DNA of 64,000 bases, taken from NCBI GenBank assembly GCA_903813345.2, contig CAIIXF020000001.1, positions 21,576,001 through 21,640,000 of the forward strand, in the 5' to 3' direction. Both the position numbers and the translations under genes were made by a program. Of this stretch, positions 51,701 through 64,000 are shown piece by piece; the stretch's first letter is position 1, and each line of letters opens with the position of its first letter. The stretch comes from Owenia fusiformis (lineage: Eukaryota). The notes under the pieces are model-generated. The model did no database searches and was not told the origin of the DNA. It saw only the letters and a program-made list of their open reading frames with translations.

Positions 51701-54700
51701 TTTGAATAATTCATGCCTGTTGTATTGTGTAGGAATATAGAGATGACATAAGTTATAACTGGGATTTGTCAATATATTGGCAAATCATTCATGCAGAACT
51801 CTTTGTATGATAGAACTTGTCCAGAAGACATTAGTTTCAGCACAGATGCTACACCTTAAAAGCTCTAAAGGCATGTATTTTCAATATTTATCAAAGTACT
51901 GATATTTGAATTATGGCCAAACAGATAGAGGGATTGAAATATGAACAAGCATACTGACAGACAGCTGGCTTTTCTATATCCCTACACAAACTTCATTTGG
52001 GGGATATTTATGTTAATGCAGTGTTGTACATTATCTTCAACCTAGTGTGTATGTAATGGGAACATGGAAGGAATACTACTGGTTATAAAGATGTTATGTC
52101 TTTATAACAAAATGGATGAACTTCCGTTGGAGGAATATTTTCACCAAGAAGGAGGTCGAGGTAATGTCTTTATAACCAGGAGGGGACCAGTGAGGAAGGC
52201 ACACATTTAGGCTTGATGCAAGAACATGTTAATGTAATGTAACTGTAGTCTATAATGAATATTACCTACCTGCAATTCCATGTTTTAATCCTTCTATTGC
52301 CAATTATCACAGACTTATTGTGTCCATTGTCCATTTTTCCATTTCCAATGTAAAAGTCAGCCGATTTGGCCGTAGTTTGTGAAATTGCACTAGGGTTTTG
52401 TACTGCATTTGTGGCATTATCTCCTGTTGTATTGTCTAATGCGTTATCAGTATCTCTTTTACTATTAGCATCAATACTACTTAAATCCATTTCTGATTTG
52501 TCTGATTTCAATGTATTGTCATCAGCCATGTAGAAGTCTTTATCGGGCAAGGATCCATATGACCCTGTTCTTGTTTCTTTTTCTAGAAAAGAAAATTCAT
52601 GATTTTCATTTGCATTTGTTTACAGTAAGTTAAGTTTAGACATTTGGCTCAATGGGGATGTGTACATCTGCCTGTTTAGTTTATAGCTTGTTCATTTCCT
52701 CTGGTAATCATTCTATCTTGCAAGGAAATTATTTTACAAATATGTGCTGACTATATGTGATGCTATCGTTCTGTGTGTGCTGACTTTCAATGTGTGCTGA
52801 CTTTCAATGTGCGCTAATGTTATATTTGTGCTGTCTTAAGATGGTACTGAACAAAGTTCTATGCAAATAATAAATCAGAATCTTGTATCAATTAATTACT
52901 CAGTTTAATGAAAAAAGTATGAGCCCTGTGCTAAAAAAATATGTTTATGATATATTTTCTAAAAGTAAAGCAGAAATACAAATACACGCCAGAATAACAT
53001 CCACACTGATGGACCCAGTATTAAAGAATATGTAAAAATGTGGAAAATTTACAACTTCACTAAAATCCTAAAGACATGTAGAATGAAATAAATATCAACA
53101 CAAAATAATATTTTGAATTAACAGAGATAACAGAATGTTATTGATCACCTTTGATTATACTTAGTGAAGTATGTAGTTCAAAGTTCTCAATCTTGTTCAT
53201 TATTACCTTACAAATGCAATAGAGAGCAATACCCTCTATAAGAAGTGGACTTTGTCTCTACTCTTTAAATTAGGCACACTTCTTGCCTTACCAAAAGTAT
53301 AATATAGAGTTAGAAAATCATGTGAGTACATTTTCTGAATAAAACAAGGTGAACATTCATTTCACACTATTTTTCAGAGAAGTGTAGTTGACTGATGGGT
53401 TGGGGATTCAGGGTAGGCTATGTCAGAAAAGAGCAGAGTATTGCCAAATTACAAGCAGTTTAGAACCAATCATATTGCAGTATCTAAACTAGGTGCATAA
53501 TAAAGTATGGTATTACCCAATACTATAATACAGACTTTATTGCCATTTACTGATATCCATGCCACATATCCCCTCAAAATTTGGAATTAAAAATTTTCAG
53601 TTGGAAAATATTCAATTTTTTTTGATTTGTAAGGGAAGGACACTTTGAGTAGGAGTAAAAGTAATTCACATATACAAGATTTTTTCTAATAATAAACACC
53701 AATCAGTGATAAAAGTTGAAAATAAGTGCAAATGAACTTGGTAATTAGTTGCTGATTTTTTCTGTTTGCATTTTGTCTGCCACCATGTTAAGTAAGCAAT
53801 AATAACTCTTTGGTTCATTCATTAATTGCATATGTAACTCTGGAAGAACTGTAAGCATACATAACGCCTTTTATACAAGTTGAGGACCCCTCAACCAAGT
53901 ATTTTTTTATGTACATAATCTGATTTTATAATTTTTCATAAATACATGCACTGTTATAAATTTCATTTCAAAACACCATAAAAGTAAAAGCATGTTTTTA
54001 AAATCATGTTGATTTGAGATCTATTAGTGCGTTTCAAATCTTAAATCGCAATTTATTGTATTTCCACTAGAAAATACCCATAATGCAAGATATTCCGTAC
54101 CTGGTACCTGAAGTTCTACCGAATCTTCATCTTCATCACAATCATAAAACTCATCATCGTCGGTATCATATCGTGCTGGCGCCCTCTTTTCTGACACAGA
54201 TTTTTCCAACTCGTGATGCTCTGTCGCTAGCGCATGAAGCGCGTCTTGAAGAACTCGTGATTTCTCCATTTCTTGTTTTAACTGCAGTTTTCGTAACTGG
54301 AAGTTAGGTTAAAATAACTCTGTTATTGATACCTTCACAATCAATAGCTTTAAATGTAGAATCTATGATATTCTTAATATTATTACGTACTAAAAATAGA
54401 TTCTTTTAGAATAATTTGTAAATGCATTTGGAGTCAAATGAACCAATCTCCTAACAAATACAGCATAATTCAATTCTGGCTTTTTAAAAGAGAACTTCAT
54501 CTATGTTCAACCATGGGGCTATAGAGAAAAGATTATGCAATATTTGTAAAGATGTAGAGGATGAATGTCATTTCTTTTTAACTTGTACAAAAAATGATGA
54601 GGATAGGCAAATATCATTTACAAAGTGAAAATGTATTTGTCTTATTTCTAGTAAGAATGTAACCTTGCAAAGACATATTGGCAAATTCATTTACCATTCA

Positions 54701-57700
54701 TTTAAGAATTTAGCATGGTCATAATGCATTGTGTGTGCACCACACTATTATTGTTACCTTATATATTTTTGATACTGTATATCAATAAAAGTTATAATAA
54801 AAAGTTAGGCTTAAACAATCAGAATATTGAGATTATTTCTAGAACATTGAGATAATTTAAAACATTAAAATTATGGTCTGCTAAAATCTAGCTACCCAAT
54901 CAAAATAGCATTCACTAAATTTTATGCTTTCGTAAGTACATGTACCTGGCTTTCATTTCAAAGTTAAACTCTTGTTAAAGGCCATGACAGCTACTTTTGG
55001 TGTCATTTTAAAATCTTATCAACATCAAGACTGTATATTTTTCTCTCCTATACTCAGAGCCTAATAACTAGGATCTGACACTCAGGGTAATGAACCAGTT
55101 ATTCTAATTTGTTAAGAATTTATAAGTGTAGGGAATGATAATATAAATCAACAATTGTTGACAACAACTATATGAGATTACTGAAAGGAGTTAAGAGAAT
55201 AAATACATACTCAATACTCAGTTCCCAGGCGTGGACCAATTTGGTAACAGTATTACTCATATTTTGAAGACTAGAACTGCCAATGAAACTTGAATATTAC
55301 CATAGTAATCTTAATGTACATCTTTAAACGAAATACTTGGTCCAAAGAGAATTTTATAACAATTTTTAAAAAAAATTTCCACATGCGGCAACGGAGTATC
55401 GAGTTTGAATAATGGCTGGCAATCCTCCGTGGAGAAAGACAGTCGCGAACACGACAATGAAGCAATAACAGGATGGCCATCAGTTTTTGATCTGGCTTAA
55501 GTTCAAGTTAAAATGAAGGCTTTTTGTATAAAAAAAACTCCTACCTCATACCCACCTACCCACATACGTTGGACATGATACAGTCTTTGAAGGATTCAAT
55601 TTTAAAGATCTTAGTTTATTAAATCTTAGTTTATGATGAATTATAGATGCATTTCTAACGACTCTTGATAGCAAGTTGCTACTACAGCCCAGCTGGGTTC
55701 GATTTCCACTCGGGGCATCGAATTTAGCACACTTTCTTTCAATTTCTTAATCTGGCTTGTTGGACCTATGCTTGCGGTCGTTAAAGTCATAAAATAAAGT
55801 CGAAATTGTAGAAATGTTAATAATTAGAGCTATTTTGAGATTTAAAAATCTTGAAAATTGAACCCTTCAATGACTGTATCATGTCCCACGTAGGTGGGTA
55901 TGAGGTAGGAGGTTTTTTATACAAAGCCTAAAATGAAAATTTACCTGTAATACCTGTATTTACCTGTAACTGGTTCAAAGTTGTGATAATGCTCTGTTTC
56001 AAGAAATCAGTACAGCTAACTTTGAGTAAGTGAAGACTGTAGTACATTACTGCCAATGTATATTGTTGGCAAAGACATACATTTTAAGTTATACATTTTT
56101 GAAAATTGTCCAGTTATTCATACACCGGTATTTCTGTGGTTCATACATCGGTAAGCGAAGCAATTCACCCTTTTGTGGTGTCATCAAGTTGACATTAATA
56201 ATTCTTCACAATATATGGATAGTTCTTGAGCATATTGGCCTGTTTTTGAATGCGCAATTACCAAACTGGATTTTTTTCTCAAAAAGACCCTTAATCAACT
56301 TATAGGAAAGAATAATATAAGAAAGAAGTAGGTTAATCTAATGTTGGGCCCTAATCCAAACTGAAATCAACTGTGAAGTACAAACACTTCATTGCTCTCA
56401 TCATTTTGTTAATAGAATTGCATTAGCTTTAACTAATTTTATAAAAATGGTTAAAACATTACTTTGTGAATGGGTGTCTGTTTACAGGGATAATACATAA
56501 GGGTTATGTACTGGGAGGTTTTGAATACAGGGTTTATCCCAAGGGAAATATGTGTATCTGAAAAAAATTGAAAAAAAAATTCGAAAAAAAATATTTGAAA
56601 AAATGTTGAAAAAAAATTTGGAATTTTTTTTTTCAGGAGCGGGACCGGGATAGATACAGTATATATTCCCGCTCGTTATTTACCTAGAACCTTAGTAGGT
56701 ATGGAATACATATACTTACCTCTAAGGCCACTGTAGCGTAGCCTTCCAGTAAAGATATATTCATAATCATAAAATTTGAAATCATATGTACGCCATTTTT
56801 CCACATCACAATTTGAATTGCGAGTTTTGGTCTTATTACCTCACCAAAAATTCCAAAACACACATAAAGTGATCAGTGTATTAGTTCACATCTTCTGGAT
56901 CGCTAACTTAGAATTTACAGTCAGTTACTAATGTCAGACGTTAACGACATTTTGTCCAGTTTTCGAACATCGCCATTTTTTTTTAATTTTAGACGAAATC
57001 CTGATGAAATCATGTCATATCTCATCAAGGAGCCGAGTGGGGTTCGTTTTGATTAATGATTTATTTATCTGGCGATTTTTAAAATATTCAATAAATTTAT
57101 GACACGGCGGCCAGCTTTTTTCAAATGAAGTTCACAGTATTCCAGATGAAATCCCCTGTAGCCGAGTATTGGCTAGAGACTCAAGTAAACATATACTATG
57201 TTTAATCATACATGTACATGTACTTTACCTTTATATAGTACAGATGTGTGGAGTACATTATGAGAAATAAATATTATATATAAATGTTATCATATTATTC
57301 AGCATATAGTACTTTAAATTTGGCTTAGTGGATCAAGATGATTATTTGCACAGCTATGATAAAGTTGTCAATAAATGCAATTTTGAACATTAGGCCATTC
57401 AAAGTGAAATACATGTTAAGTGTCCCACCCCTCCCTAGATTATGGCAAATTTTCACTTTCTGTGTTGTATTAACACTATTATGTAAAACTGTGAAACACA
57501 AAAACTTATGTACAACTGAGACATCCAAATTAGCATGAAAACAATGATTTCATTACAATAACATGACATAATCATAAAGATGACCTTTACTTTAGTTTAA
57601 TTAAAGAATCTACCCTGTACAAAAGCCTAGTAGTCAAGCTCTAAAGAGATACAATGTATAAATGTCAGATATGAGGCCGGGGTAAAGAAATTAGATGATT

Positions 57701-58134
57701 GCTATTTTGAATGGGTAGTTAGATTTTCATTGACCGAATTCTTATTGGGTGATGCTGGTTAAAAGGATTGTCTCTAACTCAAAGAGTATAGCTGAAGCAA
57801 ATTCAAACTACAAATTATTGGAAAGGGTGTTTCACATCTTTCCTAATTCAGGCTCTACTGAAATGGAGTGAAACTGAAACAAGTGAAGATGATCGATTTC
57901 CAAAAGAAAAAATCACACTTGATAATTCCAGACTTACCAGTACCCTACATGCAGAGTCTAGTTATAAACTAAGACAGAGCTCATTCTTAAGAATCGAAGT
58001 CGGACGAATGCAAAGGGTAAGACTAACCTCTTCCTGTTGCGTAAATAAAGTCAAACAGTGATGAAGAGATGTGCACATATCCCGACTACTTTCCACAATT
58101 TGAGGCAGTTTCTGACGTACTTGGTTGGCATTTC
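30626..58134 (-). CDS. OSBPL1A: Oxysterol-binding protein-related protein 1-like (ORP1/ORP2 subfamily), 3' part; exons 58028-58134, 54101-54296, 52270-52582, 46411-46486, 37942-38076, 35230-35327, 34670-34846, 33947-34025, 32825-32943, 32472-32631, 31857-32024, 31427-31550, 31044-31134, 30626-30728
   Basis: All GT-AG with matching phases. Coiled coil [14 protein letters not shown]-like [11 protein letters not shown] motifs [83 protein letters not shown]-terminus YWDR..LPDIF*. Confidence 0.92.
31044..31134 (-). CDS. OSBPL1A: ORP1-like exon [18 protein letters not shown]...
   Basis: AG/GT bounded, conserved EEKQR. Confidence 0.92.
31427..31550 (-). CDS. OSBPL1A: ORP1-like exon [13 protein letters not shown]...[10 protein letters not shown]
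   Basis: AG/GT bounded, conserved motif. Confidence 0.92.
31857..32024 (-). CDS. OSBPL1A: ORP1-like exon NGSG...[14 protein letters not shown]
   Basis: ttacag / gtgagt, 168 nt. Confidence 0.85.
32472..32631 (-). CDS. OSBPL1A: ORP1-like exon [11 protein letters not shown]...
   Basis: ttcag / gtaagt. Confidence 0.88.
32825..32943 (-). CDS. OSBPL1A: ORP1-like exon HGVMEI...[14 protein letters not shown]
   Basis: ttcag / gtaagc. Confidence 0.9.
33170..33419. mobile_element. Tigger/pogo-like MITE (CAGT termini)
   Basis: cagtgaaacctgt ... acaggttttactg|ta; internal gaacacct repeats. Confidence 0.8.
33447..33812. mobile_element. Unclassified double-hairpin element
   Basis: 112-bp palindrome 33447-33558 (ttatgtcactatcgtggca..tgccacgatagtgacataa), followed by IR taacatacctat..ataggtatgtta 33567-33812. 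Confidence 0.65.
33947..34025 (-). CDS. OSBPL1A: ORP1-like exon YNETYTW...[12 protein letters not shown]
   Basis: ttcag / gtatgt. Confidence 0.92.
34670..34846 (-). CDS. OSBPL1A: ORP1-like exon with OSBP signature EQVSHHPP
   Basis: atag / gtaagt. Confidence 0.95.
35230..35327 (-). CDS. OSBPL1A: ORP1-like exon YVSAFA...[12 protein letters not shown]
   Basis: ttccag / gtacag. Confidence 0.93.
35524..35772. mobile_element. MITE with 9-bp TSD (Mutator-like)
   Basis: catcctcc..ggaggatg termini with extended imperfect IR; AAACAAGAG on both sides. Confidence 0.8.
36919..37124. repeat. Imperfect ~200-bp palindrome (MITE relic)
   Basis: tgtaaaagcctaaattttc..cactatttt / aaaatagtg..gaaaatttgggcttttaca. 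Confidence 0.6.
37942..38076 (-). CDS. OSBPL1A: ORP1-like exon [20 protein letters not shown]
   Basis: ttttcag / gtcagt. Confidence 0.94.
38455..38647. mobile_element. Tigger/pogo-like MITE
   Basis: ta|cagtgaacca ... tggttttactg|ta. Confidence 0.75.
42128..42304. mobile_element. Tigger/pogo-like MITE; degenerate relatives at ~45627-45790, 49321-49512, 61183-61367, 63410-63546
   Basis: ta|cagtggaacctgt ... acaggttttactg|ta; similar to 33170-33419. Confidence 0.82.
43022..43095 (-). pseudogene. tRNA-derived sequence (SINE head or tRNA pseudogene)
   Basis: A-box TGGCTTGAGCG and B-box GGTTCAATTCC at tRNA spacing; stems imperfect, so not a functional tRNA. Confidence 0.6.
43375..43900. repeat. 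45-47-bp minisatellite
   Basis: tatgctgagtgcaatttgggccatatatgggcattctagagagtc units. Confidence 0.93.
44350..45050. repeat. ~21-bp degenerate minisatellite
   Basis: tagaccttgatatgctc(t/c)ata units. Confidence 0.9.
45831..46455. repeat. Minisatellite of 35/36-bp and 67-bp units derived from an exon/5'-splice-site junction
   Basis: 13 copies of acttac (GTAAGT on -) with spacings 36,36,35,36,67,67,67,67,36,36,35,36. Confidence 0.96.
46411..46486 (-). CDS. OSBPL1A: ORP1-like exon [25 protein letters not shown]
   Basis: tttcag / gtaagt. Confidence 0.92.
47980..48151. repeat. 14-bp minisatellite
   Basis: aaatcaaccgcagt / aaatcaaccacaat units. Confidence 0.9.
49037..49287. mobile_element. Sola-like MITE
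   Basis: GAG..CTC termini, ~32-bp imperfect TIR, ATAT TSD. Confidence 0.78.
50435..50505 (-). CDS. Candidate alternative first coding exon ([24 protein letters not shown]) for a short ORD-only isoform
   Basis: ATG preceded by in-frame TAA; strong donor CAG|gtaaga in phase 2, compatible with exon 46411-46486. Confidence 0.45.
50700..51520 (-). mobile_element. Highly decayed LINE RT fragment
   Basis: LIFADN (FADD-like) at ~51452-51468 and faint downstream LINE-like motifs; many stops. Confidence 0.35.
52270..52582 (-). CDS. OSBPL1A: ORP1-like low-complexity linker exon
   Basis: ttttctag / gtaggt; 313 nt open; phases fit both neighbours. Confidence 0.8.
54101..54296 (-). CDS. OSBPL1A: ORP1-like coiled-coil and FFAT exon
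   Basis: ttccag / gtacgg; LATEHHELE and EFYDC. Confidence 0.9.
54440..54805 (+). mobile_element. 3' end fragment of a LINE
   Basis: [19 protein letters not shown] (CCHC-type C-terminal motif) at ~54530-54590, followed by an aataaaa-rich tail. Confidence 0.65.
55518..55928. mobile_element. Mutator-like MITE with ~100-bp TIRs and 9-bp TSD
   Basis: ggctttttgtataaaaaa..cctacctcataccc / gggtatgaggtagg..tatacaaagcc; TAAAATGAA on both sides. Confidence 0.9.
58028..58134 (-). CDS. OSBPL1A: ORP1-like exon ...[11 protein letters not shown]
   Basis: ttgcag / gttagt; resembles the CLxLFTxQE segment preceding the ORP1L coiled coil. Confidence 0.82.
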
Positions 58135-58240
58135 CTGCAACACATAAAACAAAACAAGGATAAGATATAAAATCTTTGGTTTGTAATCCTTAGACAAATC
58201 CTAATGTTCATACCTGATTACAATGAGGTATAATATAATG

Positions 58241-58370
58241 AACACAAGGCAAAAAGTCACCATCTTCAAAATGTCACAACCTGCCATTTGTTTCAGATGA
58301 CATTTGTTACAGACAATGAACTCTGAATGGAGACTCTAACAATATGTCACCACTTGTGGTGGTGACAAAA
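58241..58370 (-). mobile_element. Minimal HINE copy without cores (related ends near 46790, 61757, 63315)
   Basis: Reverse complement of both family ends: aaaatgtcac and aatatgtcaccacttgtggtggtgacaaaa. Confidence 0.6.
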
Positions 58371-61300
58371 TCATATCAATCAACCAATCAATCAACTAAT
58401 CAACCAATCAACTAAATATATTCCATTCTGTTTCTGTATCTCAGTTTCTGTTTTGATCTATGGCTCCTTTTAGAGATGAGCATGCTTTATTACAGTCCTA
58501 TTATGTTTTACCAAGAATGTATTCCAATCAATAAATGTGTACTCCATTAAGAAGTCTGATATAGTCTCTCAAATGAACCAATCTTTAAACCAATTAGATT
58601 CCCTTATATCAGTTAGACATCTATCCTTCACTGTCTTATAGTTTAACAGATCCTACCAACTCTATTCACTCAATAACATTGCACAAGCATAATAATAATT
58701 ACAAAAATGTTGTATGACAGCTGATAGACATCTAATTTGAGTTAATGGATGAGATATTCAATCCTTCAATCCAAATCCATCCTTCTAGACAATGCGAAGT
58801 AATTTGATTTCAGTTTGTAATATGCTACTTACTATTTTGTTATATATTACTTATCCCGTCAAAATAATATACATTTGTACAATGTTCAACAGGTTTTACT
58901 AATCAATTTAAGCAAACAATAAAATCATTGTGTGATTCAATTATCAATAAACGTTAAATTTTCATAAGTAGCGAGAAGACTTAATTTGAATAATTATGAC
59001 ATAGAATCATTTGTGCAGTTGCTTCTTAACATTTAATGGTTAATATCACCTTTGGTGAACTTTGGACATTAACAACTGGAAATATCTAACTTAACTTTAT
59101 CATAAAATGTTTTGAATTTTGGAAAGAGTAGGAAAAAATAAAATTAGATTCATGAGTTAGTTAACCCTGCACGCAAAGTCTAATTATAAACTACCCTCTG
59201 GTGAGTATAGACAACAGTATAGTTTAGCACACCCTACCCCATGACTGGTGTCCGTGACAACCTCCTAGGTCATATATTATTTCAAATCAATAATGGTTAA
59301 GGTATGGGAGAGAGATATGTTTAATTTTCCAGAGTTGCATTTTGTCTAATACCTATAACAATTAAAAATATCATCAGTGATACTTATTTTTCTATTGTCC
59401 TTTTCTCAATATCTTATTCCTTAAATTTCAATTTGGAAACTATGCAGTAACAGATTCTATTTCTATCAAATGTTGATGTGTAATAGTCTTGTACTGGTAC
59501 AACCAGGCAGTTTCACACTCCTACACAGATAGGGTGAAGGGACTGATTACATACAGTATTGATTGAATATATACAGTAAAACCTATGGATGTAAATGTGT
59601 TCACTGTAGATAAGTTTTACTATAGTTGGTCTTTGACACTTGAGCACTTCCTATCTTTTTCACATGGGAAGGGAATTGGTTGGGTCGGGGGGGGAGTATA
59701 AGGGACTTGATGTAAGATGACACATTGCTAAGCTTGAAAATATTTTCATTTATTTTTCTAAAAAACACTCAATATAACCTAACTAACTGTATCACTTGAC
59801 GGAACAACTACTTGAAAAATATCTACATAAAATTTAGACACTAAGTTGCTTGCATGACTAGGTATTCTAAAATGTGAACTTAATCTCATCCCATGTAATG
59901 CCAATAAAACAAAAATAGTACTGGAGAGTTGAAATTTTATTTGATGATAATTCAATACATGGTACATATACTAGTATCTATTAAATGGTATACTTTTTTT
60001 GTTCTACTGAAATTATCTTGCACAATCTGAGTGTTTCTAAGTAGCCCATTTGGCAGAACATGACAGTCCCAGCAATTTAAAGAGCAAGAGCATTCTATGC
60101 TATACATTAGAAGAATAATGAATGAAAAATAGAGCTTGTTGTCTAGTTTAATGAATGAGAGGGATTCAGAAGCGTCTATGAACTACATGTAAATGAATAC
60201 AATGAGTTCATTTCATATAATAAATGAATCCAAAACTCTCTTGTGGCTTGCTTTATTGATCATGATCTCCTAAATAATCGTCTATTGACATATAGTTATT
60301 TAAAATTCAGATTCACCACTCACTCTGTATCTCCCAAAGTGCATTCTCTATTTCTGTATTTGTCGTTTCAAATGAAGCCTCAGTAGGTCCGGATGACATC
60401 CAATAACGACAAAATCATTCCATCATATTCATATATACTCTGGAAAATTTCATTTCCACAAAATTGTTTTTGACGATCTTTTAATATTGCCATGATGATA
60501 AATCATAGAGAAAGGGTCATTATCAGTGATCATCTATGCATATAAACGATGTACCACTGACACTGCTTAATCAAGTCAATACTCCGAAGAAAAGGTAATT
60601 TGTCAAAATATGAAAGCAAGCCCTATAAATATTTATGCTCTAAAGATGATCCTCATATGCAAAAATAAGATATAGAACTTTAAAAACAAGATTGAAATCA
60701 GTTATTCTTTTATTAATACATGACCATTTTGATACTCATAACATCTTTCTATTTCATCATCAAGCCGAAGATGCCTTAGTTTATCATGATTTTTTTTTCT
60801 TTTTTATTAATTTTATTAGTTTATCATGATGATCATAACCAAGTTCAGTCTACCTTGAACACATAACATGATGTTATCTACAAATAGTCCAATGAATAGT
60901 CTCTCGATTAGTACCAGCGGCACATAGATCTTTAAAAAAACACTTATCAGTATCATCATAGACATATAAAGTTTACTTAACCCAGTATAATTTGATAATT
61001 AGATGTAGGTGAAGTTATTAGTTTATCAAGAAGTAAACAAGTGTTTTTATAATGTTGATACTCATACTATATAACCCAGAATATATATGAACAACATGGT
61101 CCTTACATTGATATCAAAATGCAAAGATACATTGCAATGCTTTATAAGTATGAACAAACACAAGTTATAGGAAATACATGTATAGTAAAACCTGTCTGAG
61201 TGAATACCTCTCTCTAGTAAACACCTGTCTCTAGTGAACACCTGTCTCTAGAAGACACCTTTCCTCAACACATACTCTACTGACTTCTGTATAAATTACC

Positions 61301-61372
61301 ATCTCTGTAGTGAGCACCTCCCAACACTGAACATTTTGTCTTCAGTACACATACAGGTTTTAATGTATTTAC

Positions 61373-61426
61373 CATAAGTGTTTTTGAGAGTTAAGTTCCC
61401 CAAGGTTGATGAGTTGGATTTAATAT
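61373..61426 (-). CDS. Candidate 54-nt ORP1-like exon (IKSNSSTLGNLTLKNTY)
   Basis: tttttag acceptor, gtaaat donor, open, phase 1/1 fits exon 58028-58134; no recognisable motif. Confidence 0.45.
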
Positions 61427-61895
61427 CTAAAAATATTGAAGATGAATGATTTAAGAGAGACTAACTACTACTTGTTCCTTTGTGAATATAGCTGACTATA
61501 AATGGTATTGATTGATCGAATGAATGCTTTTAGATGAATTGTCTTTGGTTTTCTCTGAACTATTGATTCCAAGTGAATTACATCATTAACCCCTACCCAA
61601 CTATTTAATCTTCAAGTGTATATCCTCGAGTCAATGACATTCAGAATATATCAAGTTTATTTTAGATATGATGAAGTGAAATTTTGAAATATATACATCT
61701 ACATGTATATATTACCCCTTATCTTTTGACCTTGAGATGAATTGTTTTGAAAACCAAAGCATTAACAAGACAAATGTGACCACCTGGTTACATTAACAAA
61801 AGTATAAACATTTGTTCTAGACATCAACCCCAAACACAAATGCCAAACACTGGCCACAAAAAGGTCTTTGCTCTGTCAGTAGTCACTGCCATATA

Positions 61896-62112
61896 CAGGG
61901 TGTCCCCAAAGTATGGAACCCCTCTGAACTTAAATTTTGCCCAAACACTAAGTTTTAAAATGCCTGTAACTTTTTCAGATTTGTAAGTTGAATCATGAGA
62001 CTTGGGAAATCAATGTAATTTTGGATAAGCTTTAAAATGATATATGACACATACTAGGGAGACATTGGCACATGTCTGCCTAGAGGGGGTCCCATAATTT
62101 CAAGACATCCTG
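61896..62112. mobile_element. Tc1/mariner-like MITE
   Basis: ta|cagggtgtc..ggaacccctct / agagggggtccc..gacatcctg|ta. Confidence 0.75.
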
Positions 62113-63772
62113 TATCGACCATGCACTCATTTGTTGTTTATGAATATCATATTTGAATGGCATCTTCCCTGGTAAAAAATTAGTTTTGCTGGTTTGATTT
62201 GAAAGTATATGAACAAATACATCTTAAGGGAGTTCCGATGAGCAAGAAAATATCAGGGAAAATATTGACCTTAAGGAATTGACCAGCATTTTGGAAAACC
62301 TTATTTTATGTAAGAACTAGAAATGAAGTGTTTTCTTGTTGTAACGTTCTGGACTCTAAAGTAAATAACATTTAATATCTATCTAATTCAATCTGACATC
62401 AAAGCATGAAGAGGTAGTTATAATTCTTGTATGTTTAAAGAAAAACACTTGTTCAACTCATCAACTTGTTGTAATACACAAATACTACTTGTAGATTCTA
62501 GATGAAAAGATTTGTTGTAAAAGCTTCATATGTAACTCAGTAAATACTCTGTACATGGCGGAATAGATGCATCAAATATTCAGATAGCATATTTATTCAT
62601 TTACAGACTGCATATGAATTCCAACAGAGGCCGCAGAAAATATAGGTCTTGTTTTCAGACGCTAGGATGGTGGCAACAATTTTAATAAAGGGCCTAATAT
62701 GATAAAATATCACCATCTTAAAGTTATTGCAAAGTTACCAAAAATGCAAATGATTACAATGGTGTTAGAGACACTAATAAAACGTTGACCACTGACTGAC
62801 AGTCACCAAAATGGTAGCAATAACAATTATTGGTAAAAAACTTGGCACAAGTAAATAGACTCTGTAGGGTAAAGAATAACAAAAACATTTTCAAGAAGGT
62901 AGTGGTTAGGTAGGCTGGTCTAAAACCAGAAAGCTTGGTGACCAGCAACGAGAATTTTTTCCGTCTCATTGAACGAATAGATAATCTCCTCCAGTGAGTT
63001 ATAATCAAAAATAGATATAAATTCTATGTATACTACTGCAGTGGGTACAATAATTACTGACATTGACATCCTAATTATATCTTGACAATGTAAACCATGA
63101 GACTGTTGTGGAGAGATATATTATTTTCATTGTCAACCACAAAAGGAGGTCTATAATTAACTTCATATGTGGTGTAAGGTTAAATATATAGTGATGTGTT
63201 TATATAGAATTAAATCCTTTAAGAAGACCACTAAGACGAACACTAGTGCAAGATGGCCAGAAGAATACTTTTGTAACTAAAGCACTTGGAATACAGAATA
63301 CTACAGTATATAATAACAAGGCATTAACACACAAAATGTCACTACCTGCCATTTGTTACAGACACCAGCCAGATGCCCTTCACATAAAAGTTGGGGATAA
63401 TGCAAATTGAATACCTCCATATGGGTGGAACACTTCAGAGTCCCATGACTCAATAGTAACTTAATGTTAAATTAACCTCAGGCAGTAGAACACCTCCAAA
63501 GTGGAACACTTTAGAGGTATCAATGGTGTTCTAATACAGGCTTTACCAAATGACAAATGATTAAAATAGCCTGATCAGCTTGTCCTAATGCTCCCATTGA
63601 AGCTTCACTTATCAGTAAAATCTGAAAAATAATTTTACTGGCTATATTGATATTTAAGGGTAGCAGATGTTAAAGTTTGATGAATTATTCTACAAAGTAT
63701 TGGTAATTCTCTCAAAGGTCAACTCAAACTATCGATAGCATCATAGTATGTTGATATGAAGTCTCAAGCAGG

Positions 63773-64000
63773 ATGATATTATAATTTCCCATGATATTAT
63801 AATTACCTAGGATGTTATAATTTCCTATGATATAATGATTTCCCATGATATCATAATTACCCGATTTCCCATGATATTATAATTTCCCATGATATTATAG
63901 TTATCTATGATGTTATAATTTCCTATGATATTATGATTTCCCATGATATTAAAATTTCCCGTGATATTATAATTACCCATGATATTATAATTTCCCATGA
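63773..64000. repeat. 18-bp minisatellite running off the window
   Basis: atgatattataatttccc units. Confidence 0.93.

Noticed and set aside
57938..57957. Micro-exon with GTAAGT donor in an ORP1 intron
   Set aside because: 20 nt would shift the frame; flanking exons already join in phase

Overview
AT-rich, intron-rich animal genomic DNA; an invertebrate, probably a lophotrochozoan, by inference from gene and repeat types. Contents in order: (1) the last six coding exons of tRNA-splicing endonuclease subunit TSEN2 (+, 52-6540); (2) a ~6 kb Foldback-like inverted-repeat element with nested insertions (7541-13524); (3) two tandem intronless Toll-like receptor paralogues (-), one intact (764 aa), the other cut at the start of its TIR domain by a nonsense codon and interrupted by a 1.5 kb Helentron-like (HINE/pearl-type) insertion, with a frameshifted L2/CR1-type LINE between them; (4) the 3' part of an OSBPL1A/ORP1-like oxysterol-binding protein gene (-, 13 well-supported coding exons, 30626-58134), with a candidate alternative start exon and a minisatellite built from one of its own exon/5'-splice-site junctions; (5) many MITEs, HINEs and minisatellites. 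I cannot prove a new biological system. The best candidates are the intact/TIR-less TLR pair (with an element-supplied ATG in frame with the orphaned TIR), the tandem splice-donor array and the modular HINE family. All identifications come from reading the sequence; no searches were run.
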